DNA of 61,888 nt, the filler included, from Syncephalis fuscata S228 (taxonomy: Eukaryota; Fungi; Zoopagomycota), in the NCBI GenBank assembly GCA_025786725.1. It is 5 parts of 5 records of this genome, joined end to end, with 100 filler letters (N's around TTAATTAATTAA, not from the genome) between each part and the next. Parts side by side here need not be neighbours in the genome. Positions count along the whole stretch, not along the records: positions 38,753 to 55,153 come from JAHLTZ010000202.1; positions 55,254 to 61,888 come from JAHLTZ010000327.1; 3 more parts are not named here. The stretch is one strand, 5' to 3'. The translations under genes were made by a program, and so were the position numbers. The notes beneath the pieces are model-generated. The model saw only the letters and a program-made list of their open reading frames with translations, was not told the DNA's origin and did no database searches. Below are positions 50,964-61,888 of this stretch, in pieces. Within the stretch, counting starts at the first letter, position 1; the number at the start of each line of letters is the position of its first letter.

Positions 50964-51554
50964 TTATCTTTGGCATGTACCGTCTTTTGCTTGCTTATAA
51001 TCATTAAATGTTGGATCAAGCATTCGATCAATCAAAAATATTGCATTGTTATTAGAACGAATGTATTTAGTGATTCTTGCACAATTTACATATGTAAAGC
51101 CATTCTTTACATGAAGACAAAGCGGCTTTTTTGCATAGCTATAAACATCATAGCATCCAGTTGAAGGTGGAGTTTTAGGAAGACGATCACGAGAGGACAT
51201 GTAATATGCTGCTTGTTCACCGGTTAAACTGCCATAAAAAGATGTTTTTTCTGGTACAAAGCCAACACTATCATGGGTATTTAGTGGGGAAGAGGTGCTA
51301 GGAATAAATCTAAGTACTTCAGTAACGGCATTTAAAAATATGTCACTAGCTCGAGATCTGGCCCCAATCACTGCATTTCCTAACGAAAACGGATCTTCCA
51401 ACCATGAATCTCGAGAATCTGGGGTGTATCTTTTTAAAAGAAATTGCCTTTCAATGGACGACTCTAAGATGTGTTCTTTAGACTTAAATTCAGTAGGAAC
51501 AGCTGTCACCACTGATGATAAAACAAGTGCAAGAAATATAACGTAAAGTAACAT
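50964..51554 (-). CDS. Secreted protein with a divergent fasciclin (FAS1) domain, intronless
   Basis: Signal peptide MLLYVIFLALVLSSVVTA; H1-like SVGFVPEKTSF; H2-like YVNCARITKYIRSNNNAIFLIDRMLDP; four Cys. Confidence 0.75.
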   Translation of the reverse strand: MLLYVIFLALVLSSVVTAVPTEFKSKEHILESSIERQFLLKRYTPDSRDSWLEDPFSLGNAVIGARSRASDIFLNAVTEVLRFIPSTSSPLNTHDSVGFVPEKTSFYGSLTGEQAAYYMSSRDRLPKTPPSTGCYDVYSYAKKPLCLHVKNGFTYVNCARITKYIRSNNNAIFLIDRMLDPTFNDYKQAKDGTCQR

Positions 51555-51842
51555 GCTTGAAATGATGGAGTGCTATCCCAATAAATGGCATGCGTGTTAT
51601 AAACAGAATGCAGTTGATGCTTGATAGTATAGAAATGCAGTTAATGCTTGAAAATACAGAAATGCTAAACAAGAATGATGCAATGAAATAAATGCAAAGT
51701 GAAGAGTATATTGCCGACTTTGTATCATTTATTTGTAGCTTTATACAAAGGATTGCACTCAATAATAACTGCCCAACAATTGGTCAAAGTCCATATTGAG
51801 ATTGGCAAAATACGTCATTGCCTATTTATTGTGCCTTTGCTC

Positions 51843-54800
51843 CTTTGATTGTTGCTATTCAAACAAACATTAAATATACTTGTTACTTTAGTTTATATCA
51901 CTAACTGTATATTTATGCAGTTACTTATAAACAGTCTAGCAGATGGTTTTAATCTACAGCTATTTAATCAAAAGGCTAAGATAGTTTCATCATGCGATAT
52001 ATTGTTGAACATTATACTTGTGTAACCATCAGGTTGAATGTAAATCACATGCTTCATCATCCATTTACAGACCTTCTTTGTTCTTGTATGCACACTTGCA
52101 AAATACGTGAACTGTAACATGCGGTACAACCACATGAACATGAGTTGTTGCCATTCCCAACAGAGTAGACCTTGAATAGTACATGAACACAAATAACATT
52201 TGTTAGTGCAGTATAGCATGATGTATTCATTCAATCTGTTACTCATTCTATTACTCTGTATTTGCACTCAACATTCGTACTATTTGTAACTTTGTTTACT
52301 AGAGCTAGCAGGTCTGCTCTAATCTGCCATAATCAACCCATATCACCAACTATTTAACTTACTTTTTAAGCAACATGCGTTTCCTAAATGCTTCACATGA
52401 ACCAACTTCACTCGTAATATTGCGCTTTTTATTTTTAGTAATAGGGGTTATTGTATTAGTTTTTTTTACTGCTAATCAATTGAGTTATCTAATTGAATCA
52501 GAAGATATTTATCAAATTGAGTATGGTATTGAGCCACTTGCTATACCAACTATACTATTTCGAACAATAGTAGCGCCTGATTCGAAGATCATCGATAATG
52601 TTAAAATAGATGGAAGTAAATATATACAACGTAATGACAGTGGTTTAATTCATCATATAAACTGGAAAGAAAATGTAACTGACTCAAGTTATGAAATTCA
52701 AGATTGGCAGGTGTTATATGAGATTCCTAAAATTCACTCGGCAAACAGCTCAGAAGTTTTTATGTCTCGTTCGGTAAGAGACACGGGAATTACCAAGTCT
52801 CGTTCGTTAAATAATTCGGAACTTTCTATGATTATGTTAAATCATAATCTTAACTTTTTATTTGTCCCTAAGGCACATATGGACATTAACAACCCCGTAA
52901 TGCACAAAGCACCTGTTGCTGAAATTACCATAAAGCTTAACATGACTTTTCCAAATGACCAATTGGTCGCTGCTAGTAAAGCTCGTGATTATCAAACCGA
53001 TATATTTATCATTAACAATTCTGATTTAATTAATCCAAAAAACTCCAGTGAACCATTTGATCTGGCAACAATCGATTCCGGATCTCGTTTTACCGTAAAA
53101 AGTGGAACCAAAACCAAAATTGACTTTATTCAAAGCTATAAAGAAGGAAAAGATCAAAATGAAACCATTTACGATTTCAAGTTTTATGAACAGCGGGGAA
53201 CAGATCCAACAGTAGTCGAGTTTACCCTTGTTCCTCGCAACAAGCCATCTAACAAGAAGTATGGCTTTATAGTAAAAAAAGAGATTGCACGACGTTCCGT
53301 TAGTTTGCTTCAAGCATTAGCGTCAATTGGTGGTTCTATATCATTTTTTATTACTATTTTCACTATACTTTTTGGTCAACGCCGTCTCAAACCTTGGGGT
53401 ATCATTCAAAGGTATTTTGTGCGCAACAAAATGCTTAGCCTTTTACCGCAGTCTATGGTCAGCATCAAATCATATTATGATCCTGGATTCAATCAAGAAT
53501 CGGTTACCGATATGACATTTCTACATATGCCAAATCCAGAACAATGTGGCACAGCATCCTGGTTGCCAAAACCTATTCATAATCCAAATCAACACAAGTC
53601 ATCGAGCAATGATGTATCTCGGTGTATACCGTCTGTATTAATTAATAATGAACAACAAAATTTATCTGCCATTCATCCTCGTGCTGATAAAATCCATGAA
53701 CTTAAGGCAATGATGGCAGTGCAGAAAGCACGAATGCAAGAGCAGAAAGTACAAATGCAAGAGCAGAAAGCACAAATGCAAAAGCAGCAAGCGCAAATGG
53801 AAGCACAAATAAAACAATTTACAGTAATGACAAATCGACTTGCAACACTTGAAGGCGATACAAATATAAATAACAGCAATATACCGCTAGATAAACCGAC
53901 CCCAAATAGCACATGTCTACCGAATACTTCAATGGCCCACCATAGTAAATCGTTTGCATCTACATCAAGTGCATTGCCGCTCGAAGCTCGGGTATCAAAC
54001 CTTGAATCTTTTCAGCACCGATTGGGAACATTTTATTTGTCATCTGATTTGTTTAAAGATACTTCGTTCAGTTAATATTTACAATAAATTATATGATTAT
54101 ATGTACCGTAATAGCTATGTATTCAGAGCAAAAAAACTATGTTTCATTATTAAAATCATAAGCATTGATTGCTATGTATATTATACTATTACTATTTGAT
54201 GGCGATGTAGTTACTAGACAGTAATATTACTAAACTTCTGTAAACATTGTTACAACTCTGATTTAAATTGCAATTTAGATGATTAAACAACATTTCATTT
54301 TTTGTCATTTTATAAAGCTAGTCTTCAATGTGCGTTAATACTTATCTCAACACTCAGAATACAACCTGTTGGTTGACTGAAATTGATTTGTTAATAAACT
54401 TATTTTTTGGACATTAATTATCACAGTTCAACTATGATAAATCGAGTTGCTTGTATAGCACTAATAAGAAAATAAATAAAAATAAAACTAGTAGTATATA
54501 ATAAACAAAGCTAACAATATAAATAAATGCTTTGTAATATTTTCTCATTAACTCAAAACACATCAAATAATAGCCATTAATTTCAAAGCAATCAAAAAAT
54601 GCTGTATTCGAATGTTTATAATATTGTTTATGATTTATTTAAAAAAATATGTAACGCGCATAGATATTGAACGCAACAAGATGAATAACAATCATTTTGC
54701 AATGATTGTATGTATTATAGCCAACTGCTGCATCATGTTCTAGATGTCACAATATCTGTATTACTATGATAATTACAAAAGGAATGGTATATGGCGGAAT

Positions 54801-55153
54801 TGATACAGAGAGATCGTTACAGGAAAGTAATCCAAAAGCTATGCTAGTCATATGAAGGCTTGAGCTTTTAGTATTGGCATTAAATAAATATTTAATCAAA
54901 ATAAATACAATATGCAAGAAAGTGTGTTGTCAATGATGTCTATAGAAATTAATTAATGAAATGTAGTGTGCATGCTTTACCTGTCATTGTAACTTTGCCA
55001 CTTTGATTGTTGCTATTCAAATAAACATTAAATATACTTGTTACTTTAGTTTATATCACTAACTGTATATTTATGCAGTTACTTATAAACAGTCTAGCAG
55101 ATGGTTTTAATCTACAGCTATTTAATCAAAAGGCTAAGATAGTTTCATCATGC
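51843..55153. repeat. 153-bp near-identical direct repeat (51843-51995 and 55001-55153) bracketing the 566-aa gene
   Basis: ctttgattgttgctattcaaa..gatagtttcatcatgc present twice, 3158 bp apart; the second copy ends at the contig edge. Confidence 0.93.
52375..54075 (+). CDS. Two-TM membrane protein with a large extracytoplasmic loop and a C-terminal coiled coil; intronless; function unknown
   Basis: TM1 near aa 13-35; loop with many N-x-S/T sites; TM2 LLQALASIGGSISFFITIFTILFG followed by LKPWGIIQR; Q/M/K heptad repeat; C-terminal LEARVSNLESF..FYLS. Confidence 0.88.
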   Translation: MRFLNASHEPTSLVILRFLFLVIGVIVLVFFTANQLSYLIESEDIYQIEYGIEPLAIPTILFRTIVAPDSKIIDNVKIDGSKYIQRNDSGLIHHINWKENVTDSSYEIQDWQVLYEIPKIHSANSSEVFMSRSVRDTGITKSRSLNNSELSMIMLNHNLNFLFVPKAHMDINNPVMHKAPVAEITIKLNMTFPNDQLVAASKARDYQTDIFIINNSDLINPKNSSEPFDLATIDSGSRFTVKSGTKTKIDFIQSYKEGKDQNETIYDFKFYEQRGTDPTVVEFTLVPRNKPSNKKYGFIVKKEIARRSVSLLQALASIGGSISFFITIFTILFGQRRLKPWGIIQRYFVRNKMLSLLPQSMVSIKSYYDPGFNQESVTDMTFLHMPNPEQCGTASWLPKPIHNPNQHKSSSNDVSRCIPSVLINNEQQNLSAIHPRADKIHELKAMMAVQKARMQEQKVQMQEQKAQMQKQQAQMEAQIKQFTVMTNRLATLEGDTNINNSNIPLDKPTPNSTCLPNTSMAHHSKSFASTSSALPLEARVSNLESFQHRLGTFYLSSDLFKDTSFS

Positions 55154-55253
55154 NNNNNNNNNNNNNNNNNNNNNNNNNNNNNNNNNNNNNNNNNNNNTTA
55201 ATTAATTAANNNNNNNNNNNNNNNNNNNNNNNNNNNNNNNNNNNNNNNNNNNN
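55154..55253. other. Artificial contig linker
   Basis: N-TTAATTAATTAA-N. Confidence 0.98.
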
Positions 55254-56751
55254 TTGGAGGGGATTTATTATGCGTCGCCTGCGTACCTTGTTCATTGACC
55301 TCACTATTTCTGGTTGGGCTGGACAGGCCACCATTATAGGATAATTGGTCATTTGAGTTGTACGTGGAGGGGTCGGACACACTGTAGCCTAGTTGGCTTG
55401 ACTGGTCGTCGTGGTAGGGTAGTTGACCGCGTGTATTGTTCGCGTTACTGTAGATGGACTGGATTGATTCCTCACTGCAATAGGACATTTGATCATCCGC
55501 GACAATTATTGGGCTGGTTTTTTCTGCAGCCACGTTGCCGACCGTTAGATTTGTTTGTTCAGATCGAATAAATTCGTCTGTCAGTCGTTTCATTGCTTCT
55601 ACAGCTGTTCCAAAATGGCTACTCACAGACTGAATGTATTTTAGTCGGTGGTTCATTTGCTGAATTACTTCACTGTTCCTTTGGATCTCGGCTTTACTTC
55701 CGCTGATTTCTTTTTTGCAGTCGTCAAGTCCGGCACGTGTAGCTTGTTTGATCTCTTGCTGTCCGCGCTCTAGTCTATCTAGTCGACTGCTTATTTGGTC
55801 CAGTGCTTTATATTCAGTTGTAGCATTGTTGGCTACCCGTACTCTTCGTCTTCCTAGTACTTCTTTGCTCTGGCTAGCCCGCCACTTGTAGAAGTTTGTT
55901 ATTTCTTCGTCAGATCTGGTCCATCTGCACTCTTCTCGTGTATGGCCACTCAGTCTGCACTTGAAGCATAACACTTCGTAGTAGTAGTGCCAGGATATCA
56001 CGTGCCGATTTCCAAATAGTTGGACGGTTCCATCCACTGATTTGGCTTCTTCCTCAGTGTTGAAGAATACTTTTGTCTCCGAACGAATTTCTCTGTTTCC
56101 GCTTATTTTTACAAATTTAAAGCGAGCTGCTCCTTGCCTTTTTAGAAAGTCGTTTACTTCTTCTGGGGCTGCGTCGGCGGGGAAGCCAGCTGCGGTTCTT
56201 CTTCTTTCGTTCGGAGTTGATTCATCGACAAAGATCTGCATGTCGTTTATCATAAAAGTTTTTCTTTCAATTGCTTGATTTCTTGCAGCTACTGAGTGGT
56301 ATTCAGCGAAACCGTACGTTGTTGTTGATGCGTTGTATAGGGCAAAAATGCGTACATCCGGTATATCATCTCCTACCTTTAGCGCGTTTGCTACTTCTTG
56401 CTTGGTTGCATTTTTTGGGATCCTCTGCACCATTATTGATCGATCGTGGCAGTATTCGGTCGTTGGACTGGCTGCGTTGATGGTAGTGTCGCATCTTCTT
56501 GGTTTAACGCCAGTGTTTGGTATAGGTGTGGATTCAATACTTTGAGCTTTATTGTTGTCCCAGCTGGTTAGATAGATAACGTCGTTCAGCGTGGCGATCA
56601 GTACGTTGCAATCTACAGATCTGTACACCCGTTGTACGATCTTTTCTGCTTCTGTTGAGCTGTTGGACATGGGTACCACATCACAGACTTTTAGCATGAA
56701 TTTATGCTTTTTCATATCATCCATTATTCTTGGTATTATCGTTTTCTTCAA
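55254..56751 (-). mobile_element. ORF1 (gag-like) of a non-LTR retrotransposon; ORF2 lost at the contig edge
   Basis: Intronless, A-rich coding strand; RRM-like region (SIMVQRIPKNATKQEV..YGFAEY) and a second RRM-like region; CCHC knuckle CFKCRLSGHTREEC; coiled coil. Confidence 0.75.
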
Positions 56752-57128
56752 TAAATTGGTCTTATTTTAAGCTGCAGTTTTACTAGTGTTTATAACAGTG
56801 TCTTCTCGTTTTACGTGTGCAGTTTTACTTTTGTTTTTCACGCGTGAAAACCAAAAATTTTTGTCCCAAAAATCAAATCAGAAAGAGTCTCCTCAGATGA
56901 TAACTATTTATTCCTTATCAAAGAGTTTCTAAATCTTTTATAATTGCTGGAACACAGTCCATCGATATTTATTAGAGTTTCTATACTACAACCACTTTAA
57001 GCTATTTGTTTTTGCTATTACACTTTTATCTTTAATATTCTAAACACCTACAACTATAACTACAACACCTACAACTATAGTAATCACAACAGCAGCCATA
57101 GCATCTTCAACTCAAGCCAAGTGCAAGC

Positions 57129-58302
57129 ATGAGTTCTGACGCTACTGTTTTGCATAGACTAGTCAGCGGACAGTATGAAAAAGATCCCTCGACTAAAGAG
57201 CTAGAGTGGAGAAATGTTGCTATAGCTAGCTTATTTGTTCTTATAAACAGTAGGTAGCGTCGAGTAACGTGTAGCCAACTAACCAATGGACCATTAGTGG
57301 CTATTTCTTCGGGATTTGGCCTTGAATTAGAGATTCCTTTGCTAGTGGCTTCGCTACGATGTGTTGTCCAATTGACATTGATGGGCATGGTGCTGGAAAA
57401 GATATTAGCACAGATAATCCATGGCTTGTTATTGGTATGGGATGTAAGTTTTAATGGCAGTCTATGCAGCAGACACGCAATGGACACGAAGTAAATGTTG
57501 CTATTAGGTATCCTAGTGCTTCTTGCGTCCATTGAGATTACGTTTCACAAGTGCAAATATCGATTTAACGGGATGGTAAAAGCTAGGCTAACGATAAGCC
57601 ATTGTAACTAACGCATTGTATTAGTTTAAAGTGTTACTATTCGCACTTTTTATTAGCTGTATGCTAGTTAGTATAGTCGGTAAGTAGTTCATGGCCATGA
57701 CTAATGCTTGGTATTTTAGTAACTAGCGGTCTATTATCTTTATTTAGGTAATATTCTAGCCATTGAAGCTACACCATTCTGGGATCCGTACAAGTTCATT
57801 CCTACACTGGGCATGCTGGTCGGCAATACTATGTCGGCGTGGCTATTGCCATCAATAGCTGTATGATGCAATTTAGGTATGGTTTTGATCAACAACGACA
57901 CTCAAAAATAACAAAAAATTAGGGAACACCGAGAACGAATAGAGGTGCAACTAGCATTTGGCGCAACTCGTTGGGAAGCAGCCAAGCCAACTATGGTAGA
58001 GTCAATACGGCTTGCCATGCTACCTACCATTAATTCTATGAGGTAAGGGCCGTGGTAAAAGTGAAAGAGGTCAAATAGTAGCAGTCGTGCTTATAATGTA
58101 TATAGTGTTATGGGATTGATTACGATACCAGGCATGATGACGGGCCAGATTCTAGGCGGGAAGAACCAATGTCGGCGGTAAAATTTCAACAGATTATTAT
58201 GTTTATGATTACAGCATCTACGGGCATTGGTACTGTTTGCGGTGTGATATGTGCAGTTATGCAGGAAGTCGATGTAAGAAAGAAAGAGCGAAAAGACAAA
58301 TA
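57129..58302 (+). CDS. UPF0014 family membrane protein (YbbM/FetB/STAR2/ALS3-like); multi-exon; several 1-nt indels
   Basis: LLVASLRCVVQLTLMG, FWDPYKFIPTLGMLVGNTM, IEVQLAFGATRWEA, IRLAMLPTINSMSVMGLITIPGMMTGQILGG, FQQIIMFMI. Confidence 0.92.
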
Positions 58303-58654
58303 GTGATAGACATAGTCATTGTAACTAGTATATAAGTGGCATATTTCTACCGAATATCTAATAAATGCTTTATTGGTCGTACTTTTAGTTTCTAATAGTA
58401 TGGATGAGTCATTCATAATAATGTTACTTGTATTTGAAATGATACCATGTATACTTGAATGAAGTAAAAAAAATAGAATGCAATTACTATTTAATATAAA
58501 ATCCTGTGAACTGATAGGCTCTGTCATTGTCATAATTCATCAGTGTGACGCACACATTTGCCCACACAAATGATGAGCCATTAAAAGTGTGCTACTTTTT
58601 ACGCAGTTTACTTCAACAATTGAGTACTTGTTGTTTTTAATAGTCAAATAAACA

Positions 58655-61600
58655 ATGAAACAGCGATTTACCTCTATTGACGTGCGCGCCATTGTTAATG
58701 AGCTGCGAGATCGGTAAGTAGCGTTCAAAGCAGTACTCTGCCAGCATTACAGCTATTAATGTTCTCTATATGGTCAGCGTCGTTAATTTACGCCTACAAA
58801 ATGTCTATGATGTTAATTCAAAGACATTTTATTAAAGTTTGCGCGGGTAAGCTGATTACGGCAATATTGTAGCATAGGATGGTAACAGTTTATTAATATT
58901 GCTCTTATAGTCGGATAAGAAAGAGCTTATTCTACTTGAATCAGGCATCCGTATTCATTCAACGCAATATACACGCGATAAAGCGAATATGCCATCCAAC
59001 TTTTGTATGAAGGTATGTATTAGTGCGTGTATTTGCGAATACTTATAAATGATGTATCTAGTTAAGAAAACATATTCGTATGCGTCGTTTAACCAATGTA
59101 CGCCAATTGGGAACGGATCGTATTGTTCATTTTGAATTTCTTGGTAATGAAGCTGATGGCGATTTCCACTTATTTGTTGAGTTCTATGCATCGGTAGGTG
59201 GACTACGTAAAATTAAGATAATTGAATTAAGTGTGAATAGGGCAATATTATATTGACCGATCACGCCTTTAATATTATTGCGTTATTGCGAGTGGTGCAA
59301 CCAAGTGAATCTGTACGATTTGCAGTGCGTGAACCATATCCACTATCTACTGATACGGCGAGACGCGACTGGCAGTTGCTGCATCAGATGATGATTTAAA
59401 GGCGGCTATTCGTAATGCAGTGCAAGGAGCAGCGGCCAAAGACAATTTAAAGCGTACTCTTGGCGGTATAGCTGTCCTATCTGATTTAGGACCAGTATTG
59501 ATTGAACATGCTATCCGAGTGGCAGGATTAGAGCCTCAATTAAAAGTGGCCAGCGACTTTGACGCTGCTGATGGTAAATAGCGCTGCTTTATAACCATCG
59601 TTGTATATCTATTTATTTATTTGTATGTTTGTATGTAGCATCACCACAAATGACCTCTCTTATGCACGGCTTAAAGGAATCCCGTGACATGCTAGCTGCG
59701 CAAAGTGCATCAGGCCCTCGAAAGGTAAATTAAATATTAATTATTACTAAGCAGTTGTAATTAATAATGTTATAGGGATATATTATTGGAAAGCCATTGA
59801 CTAATAAAGCGGCCAATACTGAAACAGACAATGAGTTAATGTAAGTCATTAATATACATGTATCATTTATTAAATAGTGTTTTATAGTTATGATGAGTTT
59901 CATCCATTTATATGTGCACAGCATCGAGCATTGCCGCACAAAGAATTTGATTCATTTGATGCTTGTGTTGATGAATTTTACACGTTTATTGAAAGTCAGA
60001 AATTGGAGACCAAAACTGTACAACAGGTAATTAGTACTATTAAATATATAATTTATGTTGTTGTTGTTGTTGTTGTTAATCAATGATCATGACAATAGGA
60101 AGTGGACGCCGATAAGAAGCTGAATAAGATTAAGCGTGATCAATTTTCCCGTGCCAGTTCATTAGCAGTGACGCAGACCGAGAATGAACGCCGAGCAGAA
60201 CTCATTTTAAACAATCTGGATTTAGTCGAACGATCCATTAAATATATTCGACAGCATGTAGAAGATGGCACAGATTGGAAGTTACTATGGCGTATGATCC
60301 AGAACCGCCGTAAACAACTAACGCAAACTGATGCTGACCGGGCCCGTGAAGAAGAAGTGGAACGTAAAAAGGCCGAAGAGAAAGAAGCAAAACGAGCCCG
60401 TGCTGCTAAAGCATTAGGTGTTGAAGTATCCGCACTAAAACCCTCTGAACCGGCCGAGCCTAGGCAGAAGAGAAGAAGAAGAAGAAGGGCCCGAGAAAGT
60501 AGTTCGATTTGCCGCCGTAGGCACTAATGGTGTCGTAAGACGAGCACGTGAACCAGACCACGATCCAGTACTTGAAGATGATATTGCTATGTCATTAGTA
60601 GAACTCAAATTGACCCAAAACAAGTTTATTTTAGCACTATGGTAAGTAATAGGATAGGATAGTATATACAGTGCAATAATAGTAATGTTTATATTTAGTG
60701 ATACCAATGGTAACGATACGGCAAATAGCGAGGCTGAAGACGATTCATCGTCAATGACCACATCCACCTCAGTGACTCGTAGTTCCAATATAACGAATCC
60801 TGCTGCTGTCAAGGTTAGCATTGACACTTCTATGACGGCCTACGCCAATGCCCGTTCTTTCTATGATCAAAAACGGCAAAGTGCCGTAAAACACACCAAA
60901 ACAATGGCCCAAGCCGAAAAGGTCAGTAGCAATAGATATAATACAAATACAAATTGAATTAACATTTAATGAATTTATTAGGCCTTTAAGAGTGCAGAGA
61001 AAAAGATTCGTCAAGATTTACACCAAGTCAAAATCACAGCCACAATTAATCGAATGCGTAAACCATTCTGGTTTGAAAAGTTTATGTGGTTTATTTCTTC
61101 CGAAGGCTATTTAGTCATTGCCGGTCGAGATATGCAACAGAACGAACTGATTGTTAAACGCCATCTTCGTAAAGGTAAATATAACAATATTAGTAGTAGT
61201 ATTGGTAGTATTAACGATATAGCTATGCTATAGACGATAAATATGTTCACGCTGATCTACATGGTGCAGCTACAGTGGTAGTAAAGAATCCACATACATA
61301 TCCACCACCACCATCAACGATGTTCCAAGCCGGTGTCATGTCAGTGTGTCAATCACGTGCTTGGGAGGCCAAAATGCTTGCATCTGCTTATTGGGTCAAT
61401 TCCGATCAAGTGTCTAAAACGGCTCCATCAGGCGAGTATTTATCAACGGTAGTTTTATGATTCGTGGCAAGCGTAACTTTCTACCACCCGTCATCCCGTC
61501 ATTGTTTATGGTTTTGGCATTTTGTTTAAGATTGATGAGAGTTGTGTGGCTGCTCATGTATTGCAACAACGAGCAGAAAATCAACTATCATCTACCGAGG

Positions 61601-61888
61601 AGACTGCTGCATCTGAAGAAGAACGTCGTTGGCGTGAACGACATAGTCATTACGAATATACCGATGAGGCATCATCTAAAGATACGACTAATGAAGCAAC
61701 TGATGATAAACAGGTAAGTGTTGTTAATAAAATAGTTATCTATCTATACGTTTATTTATTATTGGTTAGAACAAGTGGCTAAGCCTGTAAAGGTGGATGC
61801 AACAGATAAATATGCACTAGACAAGTTGGCGATGAACAAATAATATTCTGACTGAACTACTAGCCACACCTAAACAGACCGCTACTTC
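58655..61888 (+). CDS. RQC2: Ribosome quality-control factor NEMF/Rqc2/Tae2; multi-exon; runs off the window
   Basis: [127 protein letters not shown]. Confidence 0.96.

Noticed and set aside
17714-55253. Four identical TTAATTAATTAA palindromes flanked by N runs, and ORFs ending in X..LIN
   Set aside because: Artificial six-frame-stop contig linkers, not biology; synteny across them cannot be inferred.
57400-61520. Frameshifts in NEMF (e.g. tcaacggtagt near 61445), UPF0014, the trehalose subunit (~49190) and ELYS as programmed frameshifting or pseudogenisation
   Set aside because: Scattered single-base losses, often in short homopolymers, in otherwise well-conserved genes are best explained by consensus errors of the assembly.
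1-61888. tRNA, rRNA or snRNA genes
   Set aside because: No cloverleaf with A/B boxes or rRNA-like conserved tract recognised by eye; a tRNAscan-SE/Infernal run would be needed to exclude them.

Overview
Eukaryotic, intron-rich, AT-rich fungal DNA (short GT-AG introns with CTAAC/CTAAT branch points). The gene content suggests an early-diverging fungus, possibly a Zoopagomycota such as Syncephalis; this is inference only. The window is five contigs joined by artificial 100-nt N-TTAATTAATTAA-N linkers (17714-17813, 30488-30587, 38653-38752, 55154-55253), so adjacency across linkers is meaningless. Contig 1 is gene-dense: a cAMP-receptor-like GPCR, a secreted 8-Cys peptide and its relic paralogue, Prx5 peroxiredoxin, an ArfGAP, a LaeA-like methyltransferase, Tad1/ADAT1, an orphan membrane protein and an ELYS-like nucleoporin. 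About 17.8-46 kb is a gene-poor, repeat-rich compartment. It holds two FHA-kinase paralogues, gene relics, a dispersed modular inverted-repeat (foldback-like) family and tandem arrays. It also holds one fully intact 7-exon, 837-aa gene of unknown function (33532-36431) that lies between inverted copies of that repeat, has twin hairpins upstream and carries motifs reminiscent of Rep_trans-type nicking enzymes; this is the best candidate for an undescribed mobile-element system. The rest contains a Tsl1/Tps3-like trehalose subunit, a secreted FAS1 protein, a 2-TM channel-like protein, a LINE ORF1, a UPF0014 permease and NEMF/Rqc2. Single-base deletions in conserved genes point to assembly indel errors.
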